A DNA stretch of 64,000 nt from NCBI RefSeq assembly GCF_036507355.1, contig NZ_AP027877.1. One strand, written 5' to 3'. The position numbers and the translations under genes are program-made. Positions 18,523 to 26,689 of the stretch are shown piece by piece. Within the stretch, counting starts at the first letter, position 1. Each line of letters starts with the position of its first letter. The notes under the pieces were generated by a model. It ran no database searches. It was not told where the DNA came from and worked only from the letters and a program-made list of their open reading frames with translations. The DNA comes from Escherichia coli. GTDB lineage: Bacteria; Pseudomonadota; Gammaproteobacteria; Enterobacterales; Enterobacteriaceae.

Positions 18523-19704
18523 ATGATTTATCAGTGTGATACTTGCAGTAGAACGACTTTTGAGGTTAATTGTCCCTGGTGTAGTGGAGTTTCGCCTGTA
18601 AAAACGTCTGCATGGGGTTCAGCATCATCGACCGCACAAGCAATAGGCATACAACGTATGACACCATTGAATCCATCGTTTTATCCCGAATTTCAGTATC
18701 GTTCAAAGGGTGTTCTAAAAGATCTATTTGGGAAAAAGAAAGAGCAAACTCAGCTTAATCAATTGCTTGAAAATGTTCTCAAAAAATACTCCAGTTTAAA
18801 AGATCCATATTTTACTAACTTCATTTACACTTCCAGATTCTCACATAATAATAAATCGGAAGCAGATTACTCAACAGATAATGGTACATACTCCGAATTA
18901 CAACTTTTCCGTGAGGTGTTGGTCAGAAAAGGGTTCAATGAGCTTGAGCAGTTACCTGAGCTATTAGATAAATTACTCCTTACCACGTCATTTAACGCTC
19001 TTTATTATGGTTTCGCTAAGGAAGTTAAACGGCATATTAAATCCACACTTACTGAATCCTTGAAGTCATGGATTGAGGAAGCGGGTACCACTTTTAGGGC
19101 AGATCTTTCATTGTTTCTATTCTATATATGGAGCAATAAAATAGAGTTCTCATCAGTAGAGTTCAATGAAAAAGCGGAGGCTACGCCTGGTGTTCCTTTA
19201 GTTTCATTTGATGAAGTTAAAAAATACTTAGCTGTGTGCGAACATATTTATTTTGATATTCTGGTTGATAGATTAGCTACACGGCTCGAACATTTTAACC
19301 CTAACAAATTCGTCACCATGTATTTAGTTGATGCAATGGACGGTTTCCAGTTTGAAGATTTCCTTGTGGAAGTATTCCAGACTATGGGCTATGACGTCAA
19401 AGAAACCAAGAGAACGCAAGATCAGGGGGCAGATCTCTTCGTCACTCGATTTGGTAAGGATATGGTTATTCAGGCGAAAAATTATTCTGGTTCTGTAGGT
19501 AACTCGGCGGTGCAGCAGGTGATCTCTGCTAAAACATTCTATGGTTGTGATGAGGCGATGGTTGTGACTAATTCCTACTTCACACGCTCTGCCAAAGAAT
19601 TAGCTGAATCAGCCTTGGTACGTTTGATCGACAGGGATGAACTGCAAAAGTATCTGGATGATTACAATCAGAAGATAATTGAAGATTTCCAGTCAAACTC
19701 GTAA
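18523..19704 (+). CDS. Mrr-like restriction endonuclease with N-terminal zinc ribbon (393 aa)
   Basis: N-terminus has CDTC-x11-CPWC (4-Cys ribbon). The C-terminal Mrr_cat-type domain reads DGFQFEDFLVEVFQTMGYDV...QGADLFV...VIQAKNYSGSVG...VVTNSYFT. SD AAGGAG lies upstream. Confidence 0.8.
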   Translation: MIYQCDTCSRTTFEVNCPWCSGVSPVKTSAWGSASSTAQAIGIQRMTPLNPSFYPEFQYRSKGVLKDLFGKKKEQTQLNQLLENVLKKYSSLKDPYFTNFIYTSRFSHNNKSEADYSTDNGTYSELQLFREVLVRKGFNELEQLPELLDKLLLTTSFNALYYGFAKEVKRHIKSTLTESLKSWIEEAGTTFRADLSLFLFYIWSNKIEFSSVEFNEKAEATPGVPLVSFDEVKKYLAVCEHIYFDILVDRLATRLEHFNPNKFVTMYLVDAMDGFQFEDFLVEVFQTMGYDVKETKRTQDQGADLFVTRFGKDMVIQAKNYSGSVGNSAVQQVISAKTFYGCDEAMVVTNSYFTRSAKELAESALVRLIDRDELQKYLDDYNQKIIEDFQSNS

Positions 19705-19889
19705 CTTTGCAGTCATATAGATATAGCAAAGGACAGGTAGGCCTCCGTGAGAGGGGGACTTACCTGTGCAGATTCTGTGCTCAAAGTTATCCAAGTCTAT
19801 CTATTTACTGCCAATTACAGTAAAATGAGTAAGCAATTACAGCAAAGTTTCGCAATGCACTGCTATGTAACTCATTGATCCTGCGTAGA

Positions 19890-19945
19890 ATTTAAAATCC
19901 CTCGGCGTTCGCGCTGTGCGGGTTCAAGTCCCGCTCCGGGTACCA
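19890..19945 (+). repeat. attR-type direct repeat: 3' 56 nt of tRNA-Leu(UAA) leuZ (anticodon loop to CCA), not a functional tRNA
   Basis: ATTTAAAATCCCTCGGCGTTCGCGCTGTGCGGGTTCAAGTCCCGCTCCGGGTACCA matches the 3' part of K-12 leuZ as I recall it. The sequence 5' of 19890 does not match the acceptor or D arm. Confidence 0.8.
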
Positions 19946-19988
19946 TGGGAAAGATAAGAATAAAATCAAAGCAATAAGCAGTGTCGTG

Positions 19989-20012
19989 AAACCACCTTCG
20001 GGTGGTTTTTTT
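19989..20012 (+). terminator. Rho-independent terminator of the glyW-cysT-leuZ tRNA operon
   Basis: AAACCACC-TTCG-GGTGGTTT hairpin followed by a T-run. Confidence 0.8.
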
Positions 20013-20140
20013 GTGCCTGCAACTTGTCGTTACACCCTCCTTAATTTTTAATCACCGGCAAAGCCACTCAAAAAGTATCTCTGATACGGACCGGCATGTA
20101 AGATAGGTGTTGGCGAGTTGAGATCCACAAGGAAAAGCGT

Positions 20141-20806
20141 ATGAAAACGGGACCGTTAAACGAAAGTGAGTTGGAATGGCTGGACGATATTCTGACCAAA
20201 TACAACACTGACCACGCCATCCTTGATGTGGCGGAGCTGGACGGTTTATTGACGGCGGTGTTGAGTTCTCCGCAAGAGATTGAACCGGCACAGTGGCTGG
20301 TTGCCGTGTGGGGTGGGGCTGACTATGTGCCGCGCTGGGCGTCAGAGAAAGAGATGACGCGCTTTATGAACCTGGCTTTTCAACATATGGCCGATACCGC
20401 AGAGCGTCTGAACGAATTCCCGGAGCAGTTTGAGCCGTTATTCGGCTTGCGAGAAGTTGATGGCAGCGAGCTGACGATTGTTGAGGAGTGGTGCTTTGGC
20501 TATATGCGGGGCGTGGCACTTTCTGACTGGTCAACATTGCCCGATTCGTTAAAACCAGCGCTGGAGGCGATAGCGCTGCACGGTACTGAGGAAAACTTCG
20601 AGCGGGTAGAGAAGATGTCGCCAGAAGCGTTTGAAGAGAGCGTAGATGCCATTCGACTGGCGGCGCTTGATCTACATGCGTACTGGATGGCGCATCCGCA
20701 GGAAAAAGCTGTTCAGCAACCGATCATAGCAGAAGAGAAACCGGGGCGTAACGATCCTTGCCCGTGCGGTAGTGGTAAGAAATTTAAGCAGTGCTGCCTG
20801 CATTAA
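20141..20806 (+). CDS. yecA: YecA, UPF0149 family protein with SEC-C metal-binding domain
   Basis: Translation matches recalled K-12 YecA ([21 protein letters not shown] ... [20 protein letters not shown]). Synteny next to leuZ and tyrP. Confidence 0.95.
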   Translation: MKTGPLNESELEWLDDILTKYNTDHAILDVAELDGLLTAVLSSPQEIEPAQWLVAVWGGADYVPRWASEKEMTRFMNLAFQHMADTAERLNEFPEQFEPLFGLREVDGSELTIVEEWCFGYMRGVALSDWSTLPDSLKPALEAIALHGTEENFERVEKMSPEAFEESVDAIRLAALDLHAYWMAHPQEKAVQQPIIAEEKPGRNDPCPCGSGKKFKQCCLH

Positions 20807-20867
20807 GAAGTCAAATTGGGTGTCAGCGTTAATTCTGGCACCCAATAAGGAATTTGAGGCTATCTAA

Positions 20868-22079
20868 TCACCCCACTTCTGGTAACAACCCTGCCGCAAT
20901 CAAAAATTGCACGCCAATCACAGCAATACCACAGAGAAACACCACCACCAGCGCCGGACGACCACCTTTGACCCGGTAACCCGCTTGAGGATTGTGCTTT
21001 CTGCTTTGCCAGGTCAACAGCGAAGGGATAATCAATGCCAGTACCGCCAGCGCCACACCGGCGTAACCCAGCGCCATCACAAATCCTCGTGGATAAAACA
21101 GTGCAAACGCCAACGGCGGCAGAAAGGTAATTGCACCAGTTTGCAATCTTCCACCAACGGTATTTGAACGCTGAAACAAATCAGCCAGATAATCAAATAA
21201 GCCTAACGCAACGCCGAGAAATGACGTGGCGAGGGCTAAATCAGCAAATAAATGCACTGCCAGCTCAACATGCGGAGAGGCCACCATTTCGCGTAACGCC
21301 TGTAACAGCCCGTTTAATCCGGCATGATTAGCCAGCAATCCCATAAAGGTTGTTGAATCAATGCTGCCAAGCGTCGCCACCTGCCAGAAAATATATGCCA
21401 CCAGGGGGATCGCACTACCGGTTATAAACACCCAGCGTAGCTTACGAATGTTGCCATCCATATAGCTGACAATACTCGGCACGCTACCGTGAAAACCAAA
21501 CGACGTAAAAATCACCGGGATTGCAGACAGTGCCAGCCCCTGTTGCAACGGCAGGGTTAAAAGATTCACTTTGTGAATATGCGGTAGCAGCAATACCAGC
21601 ATCACCACCAGAAAAATAATTTTGGCGCTGAACAGAAAACGGTTAAATAAATCGACCAGCGATGTTCCAACACAAACCACGCCACCGGCAACAAAAGTGA
21701 ACAACAGCACGCCAGCGGTTGCCGACATTGAAATACCTGTCCAGTCGCTGATGCTGGAGGCCAACAATTCACCGGCACCGCTGATGTATGCCGCAGTCAG
21801 AGCATACATTAAGAACATCATACTGAAGCCCGTCAGCCATTGACCGTAGCGTCCCAGATAGCGTTTTGCCAGCGTGCCCAGACCGGTATCTGCCGGAACA
21901 TGCTGGTACACCTCCAGCAGTAATAGCGCCGTGTAGCACATCAACGCCCAAAGCCCAATCAACAAGATTAACGTAACGCTAAAACCAACACCGGCCGCAG
22001 CCAGCGGCATTGCCAGCATGCCTGCGCCAATTGTGGTTCCCGCCACGATAAAAACACTTCCCAGGGTTCTGTTTTTCAC
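20868..22079 (-). CDS. tyrP: Tyrosine-specific transporter TyrP
   Basis: 403-aa polytopic protein [25 protein letters not shown]... matches recalled TyrP. Synteny. Confidence 0.97.
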   Translation of the reverse strand: MKNRTLGSVFIVAGTTIGAGMLAMPLAAAGVGFSVTLILLIGLWALMCYTALLLLEVYQHVPADTGLGTLAKRYLGRYGQWLTGFSMMFLMYALTAAYISGAGELLASSISDWTGISMSATAGVLLFTFVAGGVVCVGTSLVDLFNRFLFSAKIIFLVVMLVLLLPHIHKVNLLTLPLQQGLALSAIPVIFTSFGFHGSVPSIVSYMDGNIRKLRWVFITGSAIPLVAYIFWQVATLGSIDSTTFMGLLANHAGLNGLLQALREMVASPHVELAVHLFADLALATSFLGVALGLFDYLADLFQRSNTVGGRLQTGAITFLPPLAFALFYPRGFVMALGYAGVALAVLALIIPSLLTWQSRKHNPQAGYRVKGGRPALVVVFLCGIAVIGVQFLIAAGLLPEVG

Positions 22080-22170
22080 GCTTTCTTCTGTCCTGACGAT
22101 CTTTATGAGTGATATCTGCGGCGCAGGTTAAGGCATAACGGCTGCTTCGTCAAACCGACGTTACATATGG

Positions 22171-22188
22171 TGTAAATATAAATGTACA
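22171..22188. promoter_or_regulatory. Putative TyrR box upstream of tyrP
   Basis: TGTAAATATAAATGTACA fits TGTAAA-N6-TTTACA with one mismatch. It lies ~90 bp upstream of the tyrP start. Confidence 0.5.
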
Positions 22189-22269
22189 ATAAAAAGCATT
22201 CAGTCCTGCGCTGGCGCAAAGTCTTCATAAGCGGCAATCGCTACGCTAGGCTTTTTTTGAGGAGGAACG

Positions 22270-22509
22270 ATGGACTCTATTCACGGTCATGAAGTGTTAA
22301 ATATGATGATTGAATCAGGCGAGCAATATACGCATGCCAGTCTGGAAGCTGCGATTAAAGCGCGTTTTGGTGAACAGGCACGTTTTCACACCTGCTCGGC
22401 AGAAGGGATGACAGCGGGAGAGCTGGTAGCGTTTCTGGCAGCAAAAGGCAAATTTATACCTTCAGAAGACGGTTTTTCGACCGATCAGAGTAAGATTTGC
22501 CGTCACTGA
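22270..22509 (+). CDS. yecH: YecH (DUF2492 family, 79 aa)
   Basis: Synteny between tyrP and ftnA. The sequence MDSIHGHEVLNMMIESGEQY is as recalled for YecH. Confidence 0.9.
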   Translation: MDSIHGHEVLNMMIESGEQYTHASLEAAIKARFGEQARFHTCSAEGMTAGELVAFLAAKGKFIPSEDGFSTDQSKICRH

Positions 22510-22545
22510 TTTGAAACGGCGGCAGAAACCTGCCGCCGGAGAGCA

Positions 22546-23043
22546 TTAGTTTTGTGTGTCGAGGGTAGAGAGTTCTTTGTCGATAAAATACAGACCTTCG
22601 CCGCTTTTGCCTGCCAGGCTTAATTTATCAATAATCGATTTGAACAGTTTCTCTTCTTCATGCTGCTCAGAAACATACCACTGCAGGAAATTAAATGTTG
22701 GGTAGTCCTGATTGGTCATTGCAGCATGAGCCAGTTCGTTAATTTTCTGGGTGATTAATTGTTCGTGTTTATAGGTTTCCTGGAATAATTCATCAAGTGA
22801 GGAATATTCAGCAAACGGAGATTCAACGGTATTAATACGCGGTAAATTGCCGGTATCAGTCAGGTAATCAAACAGACGCTGCATATGCGTCATCTCTTCC
22901 TGGGCGTGACGGCGCAGGAACGCGGCAGCACCTTCGAAGGTATGATAGCTGCACCAGGCGCTCATTTGCTGATAAAGCAGTGAAGAGTACAGTTCCAGGT
23001 TCATCTGCTCATTAAGTTTTTCAATCATTTCTGGTTTCAGCAT
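22546..23043 (-). CDS. ftnA: Ferritin FtnA
   Basis: [30 protein letters not shown]... is a ferritin-like diiron protein of 165 aa. I chose the K-12 start at 23043 rather than the upstream ATG at 23058. Confidence 0.95.
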
Positions 23044-23213
23044 GATAGTGCTCCACAAAGGTTATATTTGTTGCTGTGGCGTCACTATAATTTGTTATTT
23101 TATTATTTGCAAAAGGTAAAATATAAACTTCAATTATTAAAAATACGAATGGGAATAAAACGCATTACCGCTATTTCTTTAATCAGCGAAGATCCCCTCG
23201 CTGATTAAAATAT

Positions 23214-23537
23214 TTAGAGAAAGACAGGGAAGGCGGAATGATGGCACTGATATGACAAAGTGAATTCCGTATTCAAACATAAGGAACCCGCAAAAAGGCT
23301 ACAGTTGCCTACTGGCTGACCAAAGGGGATCGCGTGGGTATAGCCTTCCTGTTGGCATGCGCGATCGGCGATCCCGCGACTGACATAACGATCGGTATGG
23401 GCATGCTGCAAAAAAGCCTGGTCATAAACCAACCGTACAATACCTGTTGCCGCGTCAACTTCGCTCACATGGGCCTGGCGAGTAACCGTACACCCCGCCA
23501 GCGTTATTAATGAAAGAGTCAGAATCAGAAGTCTCAT
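23214..23537 (-). CDS. yecR: Lipoprotein YecR
   Basis: Lipobox LITLAGC in MRLLILTLSLITLAGCTV. Synteny with ftnA and azuC. Confidence 0.9.
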   Translation of the reverse strand: MRLLILTLSLITLAGCTVTRQAHVSEVDAATGIVRLVYDQAFLQHAHTDRYVSRGIADRACQQEGYTHAIPFGQPVGNCSLFAGSLCLNTEFTLSYQCHHSAFPVFL

Positions 23538-23799
23538 GGTCCAGCCAGAAGAGTAAGAGAAAGCACTATTTTACGCGTTACAGCGCTGCGACAATGGCCG
23601 GAAAAGACGCCTGGCAGGCGCTATTTCTTGCCATCTGTAGGTGTCAGAAATAGGGGGGCTGTTTTTTGATTATCATTTTTATAACATTAAAGGGGTATTT
23701 ATGTGATTTGTATCACATAAAGATTGATTTTTGTGATGGTTGTCATATTATAAGCGCAAAGACAATAACACCTGTATAACAAATGGTCGGAGTGCCGCG

Positions 23800-23886
23800 A
23801 TGAAACTGCGCAAAATCCTGAAAAGTATGTTCAATAACTATTGCAAGACGTTCAAAGACGTACCGCCAGGCAATATGTTCCGATAA
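23800..23886 (+). CDS. azuC: Small protein AzuC (28 aa), encoded on the dual-function AzuCR RNA
   Basis: Not in the ORF track because it is too short. I read ATG AAA CTG CGC ... = MKLRKILKSMFNNYCKTFKDVPPGNMFR, identical to recalled AzuC. It is followed by its terminator. Confidence 0.8.
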   Translation: MKLRKILKSMFNNYCKTFKDVPPGNMFR

Positions 23887-23890
23887 CAAA

Positions 23891-23914
23891 AAACCTGCTC
23901 CGGCAGGTTTTTTT
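23891..23914 (+). terminator. Rho-independent terminator of azuC/AzuCR
   Basis: CCTGC-TCCG-GCAGG hairpin followed by TTTTTTT. Confidence 0.75.
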
Positions 23915-24000
23915 GTGTCCTGATGACGGTGGATGTGACTATCGCTGAAGATGTGAAGCCGCTACTATAACGGCTTTCAAAATGCTATCAGGAGTTTACG

Positions 24001-24252
24001 ATGTCCCAGCCGCTGAATGCCGATCAGGAACTGGTTTCTGATGTGGTTGCTTGCCAGTTGGTTATCAAACAAATTCTGGATGTTCTCGATGTAATCGCGC
24101 CCGTTGAAGTTCGCGAAAAAATGTCCAGCCAGCTGAAGAATATCGACTTTACTAACCATCCCGCCGCCGCAGACCCGGTCACCATGCGGGCAATCCAAAA
24201 AGCCATCGCGCTGATTGAACTCAAGTTTACCCCACAGGGCGAATCCCATTAA
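24001..24252 (+). CDS. yecJ: YecJ (DUF2766 family, 83 aa)
   Basis: Synteny between azuC and ftnB. Intact ORF. Confidence 0.9.
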
Positions 24253-24330
24253 AAAACCGCTGCTTCAAAAAGATGAGGCAGCGGTTTCTCAAAAACTTCA
24301 TCGGCGCAATGCATTAGCGCCGATGTATGA

Positions 24331-24834
24331 TCAATGCAGCTGGTGTGACACGACATTCAGAACATGTTGGTCGGTCTGCACTGGGCACATACCAGCAAGT
24401 TTCGCACTGCGCACTTCATCAAGAATGGTTTGCAGCAACAGGCCATCATGCTGCTGTTCTTTTTCCAGATCGCGCAGGAAATTGACGGTTGAATCATCAT
24501 TCAGTTCTTTCGCTTCATCGGCTAACTGCGCCAGCGTGCTTGAACGTTGCTCGTATTCTTCCATCGTTTTTTGGAACAGTTCTTCCAGAGAGTTCAGTTT
24601 TTCACCGGGAACATCAATGGCTTTAACGATGGGGGTAGCGCCGACACTCTTCATAAAGTTAAACATGCGCATCATTTGGGTCACATTACTCTGTGCCTGG
24701 GCGCGAAGGAAAGTGGCGGTGCCGTTCAGACTCTGTTCAGAACACCAGTTACTCAGGTGAAGGTAGAGATTGGATGCGTAAAACTCGCGGTTCATTTGAG
24801 AGTTGAGTTTGAGAAGCATTCCAGCGGTTGCCAT
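24331..24834 (-). CDS. ftnB: Ferritin-like protein FtnB (YecI)
   Basis: 167-aa ferritin paralogue [30 protein letters not shown]. Synteny. Confidence 0.95.
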   Translation of the reverse strand: MATAGMLLKLNSQMNREFYASNLYLHLSNWCSEQSLNGTATFLRAQAQSNVTQMMRMFNFMKSVGATPIVKAIDVPGEKLNSLEELFQKTMEEYEQRSSTLAQLADEAKELNDDSTVNFLRDLEKEQQHDGLLLQTILDEVRSAKLAGMCPVQTDQHVLNVVSHQLH

Positions 24835-25630
24835 ACCTAATATCCTTATATCCAGAAGTGGAGAGGTGCAAGATAAATCAAAACACCATAATTACTGTTT
24901 GCAGAATAATTCCTTTCTGCCGGTCCGAAATGTGATCGTGGAGTCAATTCTGACGATGCTCTGAAATAAGAATAACGTCTGAACGGGTATAAGAAAATGC
25001 TTAAATCATCAAGTTTATATATTTTTACATTTCATTGATGAAATCAATGTAACTGCAATGAATTTTAATGATAGTGCTTTTTGTATCTTGTTGATATTAA
25101 TCGATGAATTTGAATTCATGATGAAGTGATGATTTTATAAAACGTTTTTTCATTTTTGCGAGATGGCTCTCATTATACGTGTTCTGTTAATTAATGAGCA
25201 CAGTGATAATTAATGGCGAAATGAATGACGCGCATTTTCCACATCTTTGAGTTGTGGTTATTACACCATTTCAAAAACTCAACGCCAGGTAATGCGGCCT
25301 ATTGACTGGTTAAAAAGAAGACATCCCGCATGGGTACCAAAGACAACAAGGATTTCCAGGCTAATCTTATGGATTAATCTGCTGTGCATTCGACAATTTG
25401 TCTGACAAATTGGCTTTCCCTTATGTCTTTTCCCGCTAAATTTATGCACGTTCTCACTGTAATTCTGCGATGTGATATTGCTCTCCTATGGAGAATTAAT
25501 TTCTCGCTAAAACTATGTCAACACAGTCACTTATCTTTTAGTTAAAAGGTAATGCTTTGTTTTCCGATTAATTTAACGAATGTCATTCGTTTTTGCCCTA
25601 CACAAAACGACACTAAAGCTGGAGAGAACC

Positions 25631-26620
25631 ATGCACAAATTTACTAAAGCCCTGGCAGCCATTGGTCTGGCAGCCGTTATGTCACAATCCGCTATGGCGG
25701 AGAACCTGAAGCTCGGCTTTCTGGTGAAGCAACCGGAAGAGCCGTGGTTCCAGACCGAATGGAAGTTTGCCGATAAAGCCGGGAAGGATTTAGGATTTGA
25801 GGTTATTAAGATTGCCGTGCCGGATGGCGAAAAAACATTGAACGCGATCGACAGCCTGGCCGCCAGTGGCGCAAAAGGTTTCGTTATTTGTACTCCGGAC
25901 CCGAAACTCGGCTCTGCCATCGTGGCGAAAGCGCGTGGCTACGATATGAAAGTCATTGCCGTGGATGACCAGTTTGTTAACGCCAAAGGTAAGCCAATGG
26001 ATACCGTTCCTCTGGTGATGATGGCGGCGACCAAAATTGGCGAACGTCAGGGCCAGGAACTGTATAAAGAGATGCAGAAACGTGGCTGGGATGTCAAAGA
26101 AAGCGCGGTGATGGCGATTACCTCCAACGAACTGGATACGGCTCGTCGCCGTACTACGGGTTCTATGGATGCGCTGAAAGCTGCAGGATTCCCGGAAAAA
26201 CAAATTTATCAGGTACCTACCAAATCTAACGACATCCCCGGGGCATTTGACGCTGCCAACTCAATGCTGGTTCAACATCCGGAAGTTAAACATTGGCTGA
26301 TCGTCGGTATGAACGACAGCACCGTGCTGGGCGGCGTACGCGCGACGGAAGGTCAGGGCTTTAAAGCGGCCGATATCATCGGTATCGGTATTAACGGTGT
26401 GGATGCGGTGAGCGAACTGTCTAAGGCACAGGCAACCGGCTTCTACGGTTCCCTGTTGCCAAGCCCGGACGTACATGGTTATAAGTCCAGCGAAATGCTT
26501 TACAACTGGGTAGCAAAAGGTGTTGAACCGACCAAATTCACCGAAGTTACCGACGTGGTGCTGATCACGCGTGACAACTTTAAAGAAGAACTGGAGAAAA
26601 AAGGTTTAGGCGGTAAGTAA
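25631..26620 (+). CDS. araF: L-arabinose ABC transporter periplasmic binding protein AraF
   Basis: MHKFTKALAAIGLAAVMSQSAMAENLKLGF... (signal peptide plus mature AraF). Start at ATG 25631 with SD GGAGAG. The 17-codon extension in the ORF track was rejected. Confidence 0.97.
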   Translation: MHKFTKALAAIGLAAVMSQSAMAENLKLGFLVKQPEEPWFQTEWKFADKAGKDLGFEVIKIAVPDGEKTLNAIDSLAASGAKGFVICTPDPKLGSAIVAKARGYDMKVIAVDDQFVNAKGKPMDTVPLVMMAATKIGERQGQELYKEMQKRGWDVKESAVMAITSNELDTARRRTTGSMDALKAAGFPEKQIYQVPTKSNDIPGAFDAANSMLVQHPEVKHWLIVGMNDSTVLGGVRATEGQGFKAADIIGIGINGVDAVSELSKAQATGFYGSLLPSPDVHGYKSSEMLYNWVAKGVEPTKFTEVTDVVLITRDNFKEELEKKGLGGK

Positions 26621-26689
26621 TTTGCCGGAAAAATTCCCCTCTGCATGATGCAGAGGGGGTGTGAACGACCAGTGATTCACGGAGACGTT

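Larger units (their letters stand above)
1..19945. mobile_element. Pipolin-like integrative element (right-hand ~20 kb; left end lies outside the window) inserted at tRNA-Leu (leuZ)
   Basis: Contains piPolB, tyrosine recombinase and excisionase. The accessory block ends exactly at a 56-nt 3' fragment of tRNA-Leu (19890-19945), followed by the native tRNA-operon terminator and yecA as in K-12. Composition is mosaic, and none of the genes left of 19890 belongs to the K-12 map as I recall it. Confidence 0.8.

Noticed and set aside
19890-19945. Possible tRNA-Leu gene
   Set aside because: Only the anticodon-loop-to-CCA portion matches leuZ. The upstream 30 nt cannot form the acceptor or D arms. 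I interpret it as the att repeat left by integration, with the functional leuZ expected beyond the left end of the element.
25580-25630. N-terminal extensions proposed by the ORF track for araF (also araG 26645, otsB 29315, otsA 30138, torZ 39447, yecN 44365, yecD 45673, nudB 47783, yebB 50320, znuA 53765, pykA 58966, ftnA 23058 and DUF262 15361)
   Set aside because: Internal starts have proper Shine-Dalgarno spacing and reproduce the recalled K-12 N-termini or signal peptides. Several of the extensions would run through promoters, operators (the Zur box) or neighbouring genes.
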